NCBI RefSeq assembly: GCF_050246655.1
Contig: NZ_JBFWVQ010000018.1
Location: 9,088-73,087 of the forward strand
Origin: Pseudonocardia sp.
GTDB taxonomy: Bacteria > Actinomycetota > Actinomycetes > Mycobacteriales > Pseudonocardiaceae
DNA: 64,000 nucleotides
Direction: 5' to 3'
The translations under genes were made by a program, and so were the position numbers. Positions within the stretch are counted from its first letter, which is position 1, and every line of letters starts with the position of its first letter. Shown here piece by piece: positions 49,739 to 64,000 of the stretch. Under the pieces are notes generated by a model. The model had not been told where the DNA came from and ran no database searches. It saw only the letters and a list, made by a program, of their open reading frames with translations.

Positions 49739-50362
49739 TCAGGCCCGACGGGCGGAGAACCGGCGCGGGCGGTCCGGCCACGGCGCGTCGGCGGGCCGGG
49801 GCTGCGCGCCCGGCATGGTCGCCAGCGCGTGCACCGCCAGCACGGCGGCCGCGGACACGCCGTTGACCAGCGTCCCCGACAGCACCATCCGCACCGCGAC
49901 GGGCAGCGACACCCACCGCAGCGTCATGTCCGCCTCCTCGTCGTCGGCGGGCTCGGGACGGCCCACCTCGGTCAGGCCGCGCGCCAGGTAGGCCCGCACC
50001 GACTCGTCGGAGAACCCCGGCGACGGGACGATGTCGACGAGCACCCCCCACTCCGCAGCGGCGAGCCCCGCCTCCTCGGCGAGCTCGCGCTTCGCCGCCT
50101 CCAGGGGGTCCTCCCCCGCGACGTCCAGCAGGCCCGCGGGCAGCTCCCACAGCCGCCGCCCGACGGCGTGCCGGTACTGGTGGAGCAGGACCAGCCGGTC
50201 CTCGGCGTCCATCGCCACGATCGCGACGGCGCCGCCGTGCTCGATGATCTCCCGCGTCGCGACGCGGCCGCCCGGCATCTCCACCTCGTCCGCGCGCAGC
50301 GCCATCACGCGGCCCACGTGGACGTCGCTCGAGCCCCGCACGGGGAAGTCGTGGCGCGACAT
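49739..50362 (-). CDS. NUDIX hydrolase (ADP-ribose pyrophosphatase type)
   Basis: Nudix box WELPAGLLD...AAKRELAEEAGL; follows pyrG. Confidence 0.92.
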   Translation of the reverse strand: MSRHDFPVRGSSDVHVGRVMALRADEVEMPGGRVATREIIEHGGAVAIVAMDAEDRLVLLHQYRHAVGRRLWELPAGLLDVAGEDPLEAAKRELAEEAGLAAAEWGVLVDIVPSPGFSDESVRAYLARGLTEVGRPEPADDEEADMTLRWVSLPVAVRMVLSGTLVNGVSAAAVLAVHALATMPGAQPRPADAPWPDRPRRFSARRA

Positions 50363-50387
50363 GGGCGAGAGCCTCTCAGGAGCCCGT

Positions 50388-52100
<1,713 letters not shown>

Positions 52101-52165
52101 TCAGCGTACAGCCGGTGCGGGGCGTCCGGCTCGGGGCGTGGACGACCCTGCACGACACTGGACGG

Positions 52166-55036
<2,871 letters not shown>

Positions 55037-55064
55037 CCTCGACCGACGTCTCCGATCCGTACAT

Positions 55065-55613
55065 CTAGCGGTGACGCAGGCCGAGGAGCAGCAGCGCGGC
55101 GGCGACGAAACCCGACCCCGAGCGCACGTGGTTCCACGCCATCCACGGGTCGAGGTAGGAGGCCCACTCGCGCGCCGCGTCAGCCGCCGACAGCCCCTCG
55201 GGGTTCACCGCGTCGATCTGGTCGTTCAGCGGGAGGTGGATCGCGATGGTCACGACCGTCGACACCATCCCGAACACCGCGCCGGCCAGCAGGAGGCCGC
55301 TGCCCGGCCGGCCGAGCTGCCGGAGGGCGCCCGCGCCGACGCCCAGCGAGAGCAGCGAGGGCACGAAGAACAGCAGCAGGAACGGGGGGTTCGCGGATGC
55401 CTCGGCGTTGATCCCGCGGATGGCGGTGATCGCCTGGACGGGCTCGATGCGGTCGAGGCCGCCCATCACGAGCGTGGAGAACGCGTAGCAGAGCCCGCCG
55501 ACCGCAGCGGTGCCGATCGCGGCGGCGCCGGCGGCCAGCGTCATCGGGGTGAGGGGTGTCGGCGTGACGGTGGAGCTCGTCGTCATGTGTCGAGTCGTCA
55601 TGTGTCGAGTCAA
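55065..55613 (-). CDS. DUF1772 / anthrone oxygenase family membrane protein
   Basis: AFSTLVMGGL, HLPLND, W..WNHVR. GGAGG before TTG 55613; ATGs at 55601 and 55586 are alternative starts. Confidence 0.8.
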   Translation of the reverse strand: MTRHMTTRHMTTSSTVTPTPLTPMTLAAGAAAIGTAAVGGLCYAFSTLVMGGLDRIEPVQAITAIRGINAEASANPPFLLLFFVPSLLSLGVGAGALRQLGRPGSGLLLAGAVFGMVSTVVTIAIHLPLNDQIDAVNPEGLSAADAAREWASYLDPWMAWNHVRSGSGFVAAALLLLGLRHR

Positions 55614-55792
55614 GGCCTCCCGTCCGAGATGCTCCATCGGCAGGAGTCCCGACGGCATACGCCTGCGTCTCACCCCGGCGGGAACGGCACGTGGTGCGTA
55701 ACCCGGCCGTTCGACCGATGTCGGGCCGGTCGCGACGCCGGATCCTCTCCTGCACGCCCCGGGCTGCCGGGGCCCGAGCCGAGGAGGAGCCG

Positions 55793-56182
55793 ATGACCGA
55801 GCACCCGAACACCCAGCTGGTCCGCCGCCTGCACGACGCGTTCACCTCCGGCGATCTCGCCGCGCTACCCGCCTTCTTCGCCGAGGACGCGGTCTGGGAG
55901 CTGCCGGGCCGCGGCCCGGTCGCCGGGGAGTACAAGGGGCCTGACGCGATCGTCGGGTTCCTGCGCCGCTCCTACGAGCTGTCCGGCGGCACGCTGCGCC
56001 TGCGGCTGCTCGCGATGATGGGCGACGACTGGGGGGCGGTGCACGTGCAGGAGGTGACGGCCGAGCACGGCGGGCGACGGCTGGCCTGCGTGGAGGTGCT
56101 GGCCCACCAGATCGTCGACGGGCGGATCGTGCACACCTACCACCGGCCCGACCAGTACGCGATCGACGCGTTCTTCGGCTGA
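55793..56182 (+). CDS. SnoaL/NTF2-like protein
   Basis: RBS GAGGAGG; AFTSGDL..FFAEDAVW..G..AGEYKG..; DGRIV. Confidence 0.85.
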   Translation: MTEHPNTQLVRRLHDAFTSGDLAALPAFFAEDAVWELPGRGPVAGEYKGPDAIVGFLRRSYELSGGTLRLRLLAMMGDDWGAVHVQEVTAEHGGRRLACVEVLAHQIVDGRIVHTYHRPDQYAIDAFFG

Positions 56183-56196
56183 GTCGCCGCGCACCG

Positions 56197-56230
56197 GATC
56201 CCGGCGGACGCGAGGGGTTCCGCCGGGATC
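56197..56230. terminator. 12-bp stem hairpin between convergent genes
   Basis: GATCCCGGCGGA (56197-208) / TCCGCCGGGATC (56219-230). Confidence 0.6.
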
Positions 56231-56328
56231 GGCCACGGCGGCTCCGCGAGTTGCGCATCTCGTCGGGGCGAGTTCTCGCGAAGCCGTCGCGGTGCCGGCC
56301 CGGATGGCGGTCGCCTGCTGCCGACCCG

Positions 56329-57252
56329 TCAGACCGCCGGGGTGGCCCCGTCCTGCGCGCTCGCGGCGGTGCCGTAGCGGCCCGCCCGGCCGTCGAGCTG
56401 CTCGCGCAGCGCCAGGACGGCCGAGACGCGCCCGGGGCCGGAGTCGACGTCGTCGACCGTCGACACCGCCGTGGCGATCCCGGTGTCGGCCCGGGCGACG
56501 CCGACGGCACCCGTGGCCTCGGCGGAACCCGTGCGACCGGCCAGGACGGCACCGCCCGCGCGGTCCAGCTGGGCGGCGAGGCGCGCCGTCACCGACGCGG
56601 ACTCGGCGGCGTCCAGGCCGGCGAGGGCGCCGCCGGTGAGCACGAGCACGAGGTTGGACGGTGCGGGGGCCGGCCCGGGCCGGACGAACCCGGCCGTGGC
56701 GAGGCCGCTGAGCACCGCCGTCGCCTGGTCCGGGGTGGCCTGGGGCCGCCCGCCGGGGGCCAGCAGCACGCCGCCGAGCAGGCCGCCCGCGAGGCTTCCC
56801 GTGTCGGTGGCCGCGGGCAGCTGGGCGCCGGTCGGCAGCAGCGACGCCGTCAGCTCGCGCAGCTGGGCGGCCCGGGCCGGGTCGGCGACCGCGTCCGTGA
56901 GCCCCACCTCGCCGGTGTAGGTCGCCCCCGCCGCCTTCGCCAGCTCCACGACCGCGTCCCGGTCCGCGGCGTCGGCACCGAGCGTCACCAGCACGACCGT
57001 CTGGCCGGTGAGGGAGCCCCGGACGGTCGCGGCACCGGTGCGGGCGGCGAACTCGTCCGCGGCCCGCTGCGCGCCGGTGAGCCGGTCGTTCTCCGCGGTC
57101 AGCTCCTGCACCTGCACGGCGAGGTCGTCACGATCGACGGCCACGGCGTGCAGCAGCCGGTCCGACACCCCGGAGGCGCCCAGCACCACGCCGAGCGCCA
57201 GCGCGAGGAACACCGCCGCCAGCGAGATCGCGTGGTAGCGCATGGAGATCAC
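56329..57252 (-). CDS. steB: SteB / MctB-like (DUF3186) protein
   Basis: MRYHAISLAAVFLALALGVVLG, VSTVDDVD, GRYG. GTGA overlap with steA. Confidence 0.85.
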   Translation of the reverse strand: MISMRYHAISLAAVFLALALGVVLGASGVSDRLLHAVAVDRDDLAVQVQELTAENDRLTGAQRAADEFAARTGAATVRGSLTGQTVVLVTLGADAADRDAVVELAKAAGATYTGEVGLTDAVADPARAAQLRELTASLLPTGAQLPAATDTGSLAGGLLGGVLLAPGGRPQATPDQATAVLSGLATAGFVRPGPAPAPSNLVLVLTGGALAGLDAAESASVTARLAAQLDRAGGAVLAGRTGSAEATGAVGVARADTGIATAVSTVDDVDSGPGRVSAVLALREQLDGRAGRYGTAASAQDGATPAV

Positions 57253-58430
57253 CGCGACCATCCCCTGACCTGCTCGAGCAGGGTGGTGAACGACTGGTGT
57301 GCCCAGGTGAGCAGCGCGTCCCCGGTGCTCGACACGGCGAGCGCCGCCGCCCCGACCGCGAGGACCGCCAGGAGCAGCAGCACGACGGCGACGGTGGGGA
57401 CGCGGCTGCGCCGCAACGTCGTGATCACCGAGCTGTCGACGATCACCCCGCCGAGCTGCAGGCGGGTGAGGAACGTCGAGGCGTTGACGCCGGAACGGCG
57501 CCGGTCCAGGAACTCCGCCATCCCCGTCGACAGGCCCACCGTCACGATGAGTGCGGCGCCGTGGTGGGCGGCGAGCAGCAGCGCGAGGTCCTCCGGGTTC
57601 GCCGTGCTGGGGAAGGTCACCGCGCCCGCCCCGAGGTCCTGGACGCGATGCAGGCCGGGGGCGTGCCCGTCCGGGAAGGCCTGCAGCACGATGTCCGCGC
57701 CGCTGGTGAGCGCCGCGTCCGACATCTCCGCGGGATCACCGACCACCAGGTCCGGCCGGCCCAGGGTCGCCATGACCGCGTCCGCGCCCGCCCCGACCCC
57801 GATCAGCACGGGGCGGTACTCGCGTACGTACCCGCGCAGCCGCGCCAGCTCGTCCAGGTGGCCGGGTCCCGGCACGACGACCAGCACCTGGCGGCCCGCG
57901 ATCGCCACGTCCACGTCCGGCACGCCGACGCCGTCGAGCAGCAGGGCCCGCTCGCGCTGCATGAACTCGATGGTGTTGGCCGCGAACGCCTCCAGCTGGT
58001 GGGTCATCCCGTCGCGGGCGACCAGCGTCGCCGCCGCGACCGTGGACTCGTCCTGGACCGTGCCCGAGCCGAGCCGGATCTCCCCCGCGTACACCTCCCC
58101 GTCGAGCAGACGCAGGCGCGCGCCGTCCCTGGCGAGCGTCATGATCTCCGGTCCGACGCCGTCGACCAGCACGATGCCGGCGGCGAGCAGCACGTCCGGC
58201 CCGAGCGTCGGGTAGCGCCCGGAGATCGACGGGGACGCGTTGACCACTGCCGCCACCCGGGCCTCGACGAGCGTCTCGGCGGTGGCCCGGTCCAGGTCGG
58301 CGACGTCGATCACGGCGATCTCGCCCGGCTTGACCCGGCGCAGCACCGCCTCGACGCGCCGGTCGACACGGGCGGTGGCCGCGAGGCCCGGAAGCACGGG
58401 CCGCGGGCGGAGCAGGCCGGAGAGCTTCAT
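57249..58430 (-). CDS. steA: Cell-division-associated protein SteA
   Basis: SISGRYPTLGP, LEAFAANTIEF, EYRPVLIGV, STFLTRL, C-terminal TM segment. Confidence 0.88.
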   Translation of the reverse strand: MKLSGLLRPRPVLPGLAATARVDRRVEAVLRRVKPGEIAVIDVADLDRATAETLVEARVAAVVNASPSISGRYPTLGPDVLLAAGIVLVDGVGPEIMTLARDGARLRLLDGEVYAGEIRLGSGTVQDESTVAAATLVARDGMTHQLEAFAANTIEFMQRERALLLDGVGVPDVDVAIAGRQVLVVVPGPGHLDELARLRGYVREYRPVLIGVGAGADAVMATLGRPDLVVGDPAEMSDAALTSGADIVLQAFPDGHAPGLHRVQDLGAGAVTFPSTANPEDLALLLAAHHGAALIVTVGLSTGMAEFLDRRRSGVNASTFLTRLQLGGVIVDSSVITTLRRSRVPTVAVVLLLLAVLAVGAAALAVSSTGDALLTWAHQSFTTLLEQVRGWSR

Positions 58431-58497
58431 GCCGGGCACTCTGGCAGCCACCGTCGGTCACGCGCCGTCAACACGCCGTGCGGTACACACTCGCGGG

Positions 58498-59268
58498 ATG
58501 AGGCGAAGCGGAGCGGCGGACTCCGTGCTGTCGCGCGCCGTGCGGATCCTCGCCGCCTTCGGCCCGGACGAGCCGGCGCTGCGGGTCACCGAGATCGCCG
58601 CGCGGGCCGGGTTGCACGTGGCGACGGCGTCGCGGCTGGTGGCGGAGCTGGTCGAGCTCGGGTTGCTCAGCCGGGACGAGGACCGCAGCGTCCGGATCGG
58701 GGTGCGGCTGTGGGAGCTGGCGATGCGGGCCTCCCCCACGCTGTCGCTTCGGGAGGCGGCGATGCCGTTCCTGGAGGTCGTGCACGGCGTCGTCGGGCAC
58801 CACGCCCAGATCGGGGTCCTCGACGGCACCGAGGTGCTCTTCGTCGAGCGGCTCAGCGCCCCGGGCGCCGTCATCAACTACACGCGGATCGCCGGGCGGC
58901 TGCCGGTGCACGCCTCGTCCTCCGGCCTGGTCCTGCTCGCCCACGCCCCCCGCGAGCTGCAGGAGGCCGTGCTGGCGGGACCGCTGCCCCGCTACACCGC
59001 GCACACGATCACCACCCCGGAGCGGCTTCGCCGCACGCTCGCCGACGTGCGCCGCGACGGGTACGCCTACTGCGCGGGACACCTCCACGAGGATGCGCTC
59101 GGCATCGCGGTCCCGGTCCGCGACCGTGAGCAGCGGGTGATCGCGACGCTGTCCGCGATCGTCCCGAACGACGAGTCCGCCCGCGCGGTGATCCCGGTCC
59201 TGCGCGCGGCGGCGCGAGGGGTGCACCGGGTGCTCGCCGGTCCCGGGAACCGCACTCTCGCTGAGTGA
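58498..59268 (+). CDS. IclR-family transcriptional regulator
   Basis: SVLSRAVRILAAF..EIAARAGLHVATASRL; HASSSGLVLLA; IAVPV. Confidence 0.9.
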   Translation: MRRSGAADSVLSRAVRILAAFGPDEPALRVTEIAARAGLHVATASRLVAELVELGLLSRDEDRSVRIGVRLWELAMRASPTLSLREAAMPFLEVVHGVVGHHAQIGVLDGTEVLFVERLSAPGAVINYTRIAGRLPVHASSSGLVLLAHAPRELQEAVLAGPLPRYTAHTITTPERLRRTLADVRRDGYAYCAGHLHEDALGIAVPVRDREQRVIATLSAIVPNDESARAVIPVLRAAARGVHRVLAGPGNRTLAE

Positions 59269-59270
59269 GA
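59256..59270. promoter_or_regulatory. Imperfect palindrome TCTCGC-TGA-GTGAGA, candidate IclR operator
   Basis: Overlaps the IclR stop codon, about 70 bp upstream of the reductase start. Confidence 0.45.
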
Positions 59271-59341
59271 ATCCACCCCCGCAGGCTCGCACCGGTCGGC
59301 ATCGTCGACGCACCGACGGATGCACCGAGGCGGGGGGCGAC

Positions 59342-60310
59342 GTGGACGAGCACAGGACGGTCGCGGGAGCCGACGTCGTCACCCTCCGCGTGACGGGCAA
59401 GGACGTCGCCTCGGACGGCGTGGTGGTCCTCGACCTGGAACACCCCGCGGGTGCACGGCTGCCGGACTGGACGCCGGGCGCGCACGTCGACCTGATCCTG
59501 CCCGGCGGGGTGGTGCGGCAGTTCTCGCTGTGCGGCGACCGGTTCGACGCGTTCCGCTACCGGATCGGCGTGCTGCGCGAGCCGGACGGGCGGGGCGGCT
59601 CGGCCTACGTGCACGACGTGCTCGCGGTCGGCGACACCGTCGGCGTGGGCGGTCCCCGCAACCACTTCCCGCTGGTGCCCTCGCAGCGGTACCTGTTCGT
59701 CGCGGGCGGGATCGGGATCACCCCGCTGCTGCCGATGGTGCGCCAGGCCGACATGCTCGGGGCCGACTGGACCCTGGTCTACGGCGGGCGCCGGCGCGGC
59801 TCGATGGCCTTCCTCGACGAGGTCGTCGCGTACGGCGACCGGGTGCAGGTCGTCCCCGAGGACGAGTGCGGGCTGATCGACCTGCCCCGGTGGCTCGGCG
59901 ACCCGAGTCCCGACGTCAAGGTCTACTGCTGCGGCCCCGGCCCGTTGCTGGACGCGGTCGAGCGGGCGTGCTCCACCTGGCCGCCGCACGCGCTGCGTAC
60001 CGAACGGTTCGTGGCCAGGGAGCAGGCCGCGCCGCTGCGCGACGAGCCCTTCGACGTCGAGCTCGCCCGCACCGGCCGCGCGGTGACGGTCACCCGCGAC
60101 CGCACGGTTCTCGACGCCGTCCGCGCCGCGGGCGTGGACGTCCTGTCCTCCTGCAGGCAGGGCACCTGCGGTACCTGCGAGACCGACGTCCTCGCCGGGG
60201 TGCCCGACCACCGCGACTCGATCCTCGGCGATGCGGAGCGGGCGGCGAACGACTGCATGTTCCTCTGCGTCTCCCGCTCCTGCACCGACCGCCTCGTCCT
60301 CGATCTCTGA
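59342..60310 (+). CDS. PDR/VanB-family reductase (FMN, NAD(P)H, 2Fe-2S)
   Basis: WTPGAHVD, RQFSLCG, GRGGS, AGGIGITP, SCRQGTCGTCET..C. Confidence 0.92.
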   Translation: MDEHRTVAGADVVTLRVTGKDVASDGVVVLDLEHPAGARLPDWTPGAHVDLILPGGVVRQFSLCGDRFDAFRYRIGVLREPDGRGGSAYVHDVLAVGDTVGVGGPRNHFPLVPSQRYLFVAGGIGITPLLPMVRQADMLGADWTLVYGGRRRGSMAFLDEVVAYGDRVQVVPEDECGLIDLPRWLGDPSPDVKVYCCGPGPLLDAVERACSTWPPHALRTERFVAREQAAPLRDEPFDVELARTGRAVTVTRDRTVLDAVRAAGVDVLSSCRQGTCGTCETDVLAGVPDHRDSILGDAERAANDCMFLCVSRSCTDRLVLDL

Positions 60311-60324
60311 CCCGGAGGCCGCCG

Positions 60325-61545
60325 ATGTCCACCGTCCTGACGGCGCCGCTGCCGGTGCACGACGCCGACCCCTTCGGCCACGACATCCTGGAGAACCCGC
60401 TGCCGTTCCACGAGGAGCTGCGCGAGGCCGGTCCCGTCGTCCACCTGAGCCGGTACGACGTCTACGCGATGGCCCGCTACGGGCAGGTGCACGCGGCCCT
60501 GCGGAACTGGCAGGGATTCCAGTCGGCCGCGGGGGTGGGGTTGTCGAACTTCCGCACCGAGAAGCCCTGGCGCCCGCCGAGCCTGCTGCTGGAGGCCGAC
60601 CCGCCCCGCCACGACGCCCCGCGCCGCGTGCTCGCCGGGCTCCTCGTGCCGCGCGCGCTGCGCAGGCTGCGCGAGCACTGGCGTGCGGTGGCGGACGACC
60701 TGGTCGACCGGGTGCTGGAGCGGGGAACCGAGTTCGACGCGGTACCGGAGCTGGCCGAGGCGTATCCGCTGCGGGTCTTCCCCGATGCGGTCGGCATCCC
60801 CGACGAGGGCCGGGAGAACCTCCTGCCCTACGGCGACTTCCTGTTCAACGCCTTCGGCCCGCACAACGACCTCGTCGCCGCGGGGGCGCCACGCGCCCCG
60901 GAGCTGTCGGCGTGGGTGAACGCCCAGTGCGCCCGCGACGTGCTCGCCGACGGGGGTTTCGGGGCGCAGATCTGGGCGGCGGCCGACCGCGGCGACATCA
61001 CGCCGGAACAGGCGCCGCTCGTCGTCCGGTCGTTGCTGTCCGCGGGCGTGGACACGACGGTCCACGGGCTGGCCGCCGCCCTGCACGCGCTGGCCACGCA
61101 CCCCGAGCAGTGGCGGCGGCTGCGGTCGCAGCCGCAGCTGGCCCGCGTCGCCTTCGACGAGGCGGTGCGCTGGGGCGCGCCCGTGCAGACCTTCTTCCGC
61201 ACCGCCACCACCGACGTGCAGGTCGCGGACGTGGTGATCCCCGGCGGGAGGAAGATCCTCATGTTCCTCGGCGCCGCCAACCGCGATCCACGGCGGTGGC
61301 GCACCCCCACCCACCCGGATCCGGACACCTTCGACCTGACGCGCGACCCGTCGGGCCATGTCGGGTTCGGGTTCGGCATCCACCAGTGCGTGGGCCAGCA
61401 CGTCGCGCGGTTGGAGGCGGAGTGCCTGCTCACCGCACTCGCGCGGCGCGTCGAGACGATCGAGATCGCCGGCCCGACCCGGCGCCATCACAACAACACC
61501 CTCTGGGCGTGGGGCTCGCTGCCCGTGCGGGTGCGCCCGGCCTGA
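60325..61545 (+). CDS. Cytochrome P450, CYP199A-like (para-substituted benzoate oxidation / O-demethylation)
   Basis: GVGLSNF..EKPWRPPSLLLEADPP, SLLSAGVDTT, heme motif GFGFGIHQCVG. RBS GGAGG. Confidence 0.88.
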   Translation: MSTVLTAPLPVHDADPFGHDILENPLPFHEELREAGPVVHLSRYDVYAMARYGQVHAALRNWQGFQSAAGVGLSNFRTEKPWRPPSLLLEADPPRHDAPRRVLAGLLVPRALRRLREHWRAVADDLVDRVLERGTEFDAVPELAEAYPLRVFPDAVGIPDEGRENLLPYGDFLFNAFGPHNDLVAAGAPRAPELSAWVNAQCARDVLADGGFGAQIWAAADRGDITPEQAPLVVRSLLSAGVDTTVHGLAAALHALATHPEQWRRLRSQPQLARVAFDEAVRWGAPVQTFFRTATTDVQVADVVIPGGRKILMFLGAANRDPRRWRTPTHPDPDTFDLTRDPSGHVGFGFGIHQCVGQHVARLEAECLLTALARRVETIEIAGPTRRHHNNTLWAWGSLPVRVRPA

Positions 61546-61567
61546 CGGGCGTGCGTGGGCGCCCCGG

Positions 61568-63358
61568 CTAGGAACGTGCTTTCGCACGGCGGCCGGGTAC
61601 CCGCGCCCGGTCCGCCTCGCGGTGGGCACGGGCCGCGCCGAGCAGCTCCTCGGCGTGTGCGCGGCCGGTGTCGGTGTCGTCCAGGCCGGCGAGCATCCGC
61701 GCCAGCTCCCCGATGCGCTCCTCCTCGCCCAGGGTGCGCACGCTGCTGCGGGTGACCCCCGTCGTGCCGCCGCCCCGCACCGTCTTGTGGACGACGAGAT
61801 GGCGATCCGCGTACGCGGCCACCTGCGGCAGGTGGGTGACGACCACGACCTGGTGGCGCGCGGCCAGCCGCGCCAGCCGCCGCCCGATCTCCACCGCGGC
61901 CCGCCCGCCCACCCCGGCGTCGACCTCGTCGAACACCATCGTCGGCACCGGATCCGCGCCGGCGAGCGCCACCTCCAGCGCGAGCATCACCCGCGACAGC
62001 TCACCCCCGGAGGCGCCCTTGTGCAGCGGTTGCGGTGCCGCGCCCGCGTGCGCGACGAGCCGCAGCTCGACCTCGTCCGCCCCGTCCGGGCCCGCCGCGA
62101 GCCAGCGGCCCCCGACGAGCAGCGCCTCCGGCGCACCCTCCCGGGCCCCCGCCCCGGCCACCTCCACCAGCAGCCGGGCGTCGGGCATCGCGAGCCCGGC
62201 CAGCTCCGCCGTGGTGCCGTCGGCGAGGCGCTCGGCGGCCTCCTCGCGCGCCTTCGACACCTGCGCGGCGTGCCCCGCGAGCTCCGCGGCCAGCGCGTCC
62301 CACCGGGCGGCGAGCTCGGCCAGGGCCTCGTCCGAGGTGTCGAGGGAACCCAGCCGTTCCCGCGCCTGCGCCGCCCAGTCCAGCACCCCGTCGACGTCGG
62401 CGGCGTACTTGCGGGTGAGCGCCTTCAGCTCGGCCTGCCGCGACAGCACCTCGGCCAGCCGCTCCGGGTCCGCGTCGAGGCGCTCCAGGTAGCCGGTGAG
62501 CTCCCCGGTGACATCCCCGAGCAGGGCGATCGCCTCGTCCAGCCGTGGTTCCAGGGCCATCAGCTCCGGATCCCCGGACGAGCCGAGCCGGTGGCGCGCC
62601 TCGCCCAGCAGGCCCGAGGCACCCGGCTCGCTGCCGTCGTCCGCGCCGGCGAGCACGGCGCGGGCCGTGGCGGCCGCGGTGCGCAGGTCGTCCGCCGCGG
62701 CGAGGCGGCGGGCCTGCTCCTGCAGCGCCCGGTCCTCCCCCGGCTCCGGCGCGACGGCCTCGATCTCCGTGAGCCCGTGGCGCAGCAGGTCGGCCTCCCG
62801 GGCCATCGCCCGCGCCCCGTCGCGGCGCGCGGCGAGCTCCGCCGCCACCGCCGACCACTGCGCCCGCGTGGCCCGGTAGCGCTCCAGCGGCTCGCCCACC
62901 GCGGGCCCGGCGAAGCGGTCCAGCAGCGCCCGCTGCTCGGCGGGGCGCAGGAGCCGCAGCTGGTCGTTCTGGCCGTGGACCGCGAGGCCCGCCTCGGCCA
63001 GTCGTGCGAGCACACCGACCGGCACCGATCGCCCACCCAGGTGCGCCCGCGACCGCCCGTCCGCGCCGACCGTGCGGGCCGCGATGACGCTGCCGTCCTC
63101 GTCGGTGTCCGCGCCGACCTCGTCCGCGACCGCCAGCACCCGCTCGTCGCCCGCGAATCGACCCTCGACGACCGCGCGCCGCGCCCCGTCCGCCACCCGC
63201 GACGACTCGGCCCGGCCGCCGCCGAGCAGCGCCAGGCCCGTGACCACCATCGTCTTGCCCGCGCCGGTCTCCCCGGTGAGCACCGTGAACCCCGGATCCA
63301 GCTCCAGGGTGGCGTCCTCGATCACGCCGAGGCCCTGGATCCGCATCTCGGCCAACAT
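61568..63358 (-). CDS. recN: DNA repair protein RecN
   Basis: TGETGAGKT, VHGQND, ASGGELSRVML, FDEVDAGVGG, THLPQVAA. Confidence 0.96.
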   Translation of the reverse strand: MLAEMRIQGLGVIEDATLELDPGFTVLTGETGAGKTMVVTGLALLGGGRAESSRVADGARRAVVEGRFAGDERVLAVADEVGADTDEDGSVIAARTVGADGRSRAHLGGRSVPVGVLARLAEAGLAVHGQNDQLRLLRPAEQRALLDRFAGPAVGEPLERYRATRAQWSAVAAELAARRDGARAMAREADLLRHGLTEIEAVAPEPGEDRALQEQARRLAAADDLRTAAATARAVLAGADDGSEPGASGLLGEARHRLGSSGDPELMALEPRLDEAIALLGDVTGELTGYLERLDADPERLAEVLSRQAELKALTRKYAADVDGVLDWAAQARERLGSLDTSDEALAELAARWDALAAELAGHAAQVSKAREEAAERLADGTTAELAGLAMPDARLLVEVAGAGAREGAPEALLVGGRWLAAGPDGADEVELRLVAHAGAAPQPLHKGASGGELSRVMLALEVALAGADPVPTMVFDEVDAGVGGRAAVEIGRRLARLAARHQVVVVTHLPQVAAYADRHLVVHKTVRGGGTTGVTRSSVRTLGEEERIGELARMLAGLDDTDTGRAHAEELLGAARAHREADRARVPGRRAKARS

Positions 63359-63397
63359 GGCGCGGAGCCTACGGGCAGGTCCCGACAGCCCCGCGGG

Positions 63398-64000
63398 TCA
63401 CGGGTGCGGCGCGCCGCGCCATCCCCGGACGGGCAGGTCGAACTTGCGCACCAGGCGGTCCGCGAACGGCTGGCCGTCCAGCCGCACCATCCGCACCGGC
63501 TGCACTCCCCTGGCCAGCTCCACGCGCGCGCCCGGCGGCAGGTCGATCGTGCGGCGGCCGTCACAGTCCAGGATGGCGGGGGCTCCGTTCGCGTCCACCT
63601 CGATGGCCACCTCGCTGTCCGGCGAGATCACCATCGGGCGTGCGAAGAGCGCGTGCGCGTTGCTCGGGACCAGCAGCAGCGCCTCCACCTGCGGCCAGAC
63701 GATCGGGCCGCCCGCGGAGAACGCGTACGCGGTCGAACCGGTGGGCGTCGAGCAGATCACGCCGTCGCAGCCGAAGTTCGACACCGGGCGCCCGTCGAGC
63801 TCCAGCACCACCTCGAGGATCAGCCCGCGGCTGCGCTTCTCCACGCAGGCCTCGTTCAGCGCCCACGTCCGCGCCACGATCTCGCCGTCCACCCGGACCG
63901 ACGCATCGACCGTCATCCGCTCCTCGACCGCGTACCCGCCCTCGACGAGCCGGTCCAGCGCGCCGTCCAGCGACGCCTCCTCGACCTCGGCGAGGAAGCC
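63398..64000 (-). CDS. nadK: NAD kinase, 5' partial
   Basis: GFLAE at the window edge, ALNE, DG..STPTGSTAYAFSAGGP; upstream of recN. Confidence 0.93.
   Translation of the reverse strand, partial: GFLAEVEEASLDGALDRLVEGGYAVEERMTVDASVRVDGEIVARTWALNEACVEKRSRGLILEVVLELDGRPVSNFGCDGVICSTPTGSTAYAFSAGGPIVWPQVEALLLVPSNAHALFARPMVISPDSEVAIEVDANGAPAILDCDGRRTIDLPPGARVELARGVQPVRMVRLDGQPFADRLVRKFDLPVRGWRGAPHP

Overview
High-GC actinobacterial chromosome segment (Pseudonocardia-like gene order; the taxon is inferred) with two halves. (1) Positions 1-~34,540 are a defence island lying downstream of the 3' end of a minus-strand tRNA-Pro(GGG) at 34548-34621. It carries a 5'-truncated DUF1998 (MZB) DEAD/DEAH helicase translationally coupled to an unusual SigA/RpoD-like sigma factor with three C-terminal C-x5-H-x12-16-CxxC putative zinc-finger repeats. 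Converging on these is a 7-gene, ~19.7 kb minus-strand operon with overlapping starts and stops: HTH-N6-MTase, Ser/Thr kinase-DEAD helicase-DUF1998-nuclease fusion, SNF2 helicase, Eco57I-like MTase, zinc-hook ABC ATPase, small Rx4H protein and GmrSD (DUF262-DUF1524). The island also holds a patch of relics (frameshifted FxLYD-type gene, group II intron maturase fragment, ISAs1 left end) and a complete Wadjet jetABCD. (2) Positions ~34,680-64,000 are the conserved actinobacterial backbone (NAD kinase-recN-steA-steB-pyrG-NUDIX-xerD-parA-scpA-scpB-rluB-cmk-der-tRNA-Pro), interrupted by small accessory modules: fmdB-fmdA-hydrolase, L,D-transpeptidase, MarR with two LLM F420 enzymes and an FAD oxidoreductase, a LuxR-ATPase regulator, and IclR-reductase-CYP199-like P450. 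The best candidates for undescribed systems are the helicase plus zinc-finger sigma pair and the kinase/dual-MTase DISARM-like operon. All domain calls come from motifs recognised by eye; no database searches were run.
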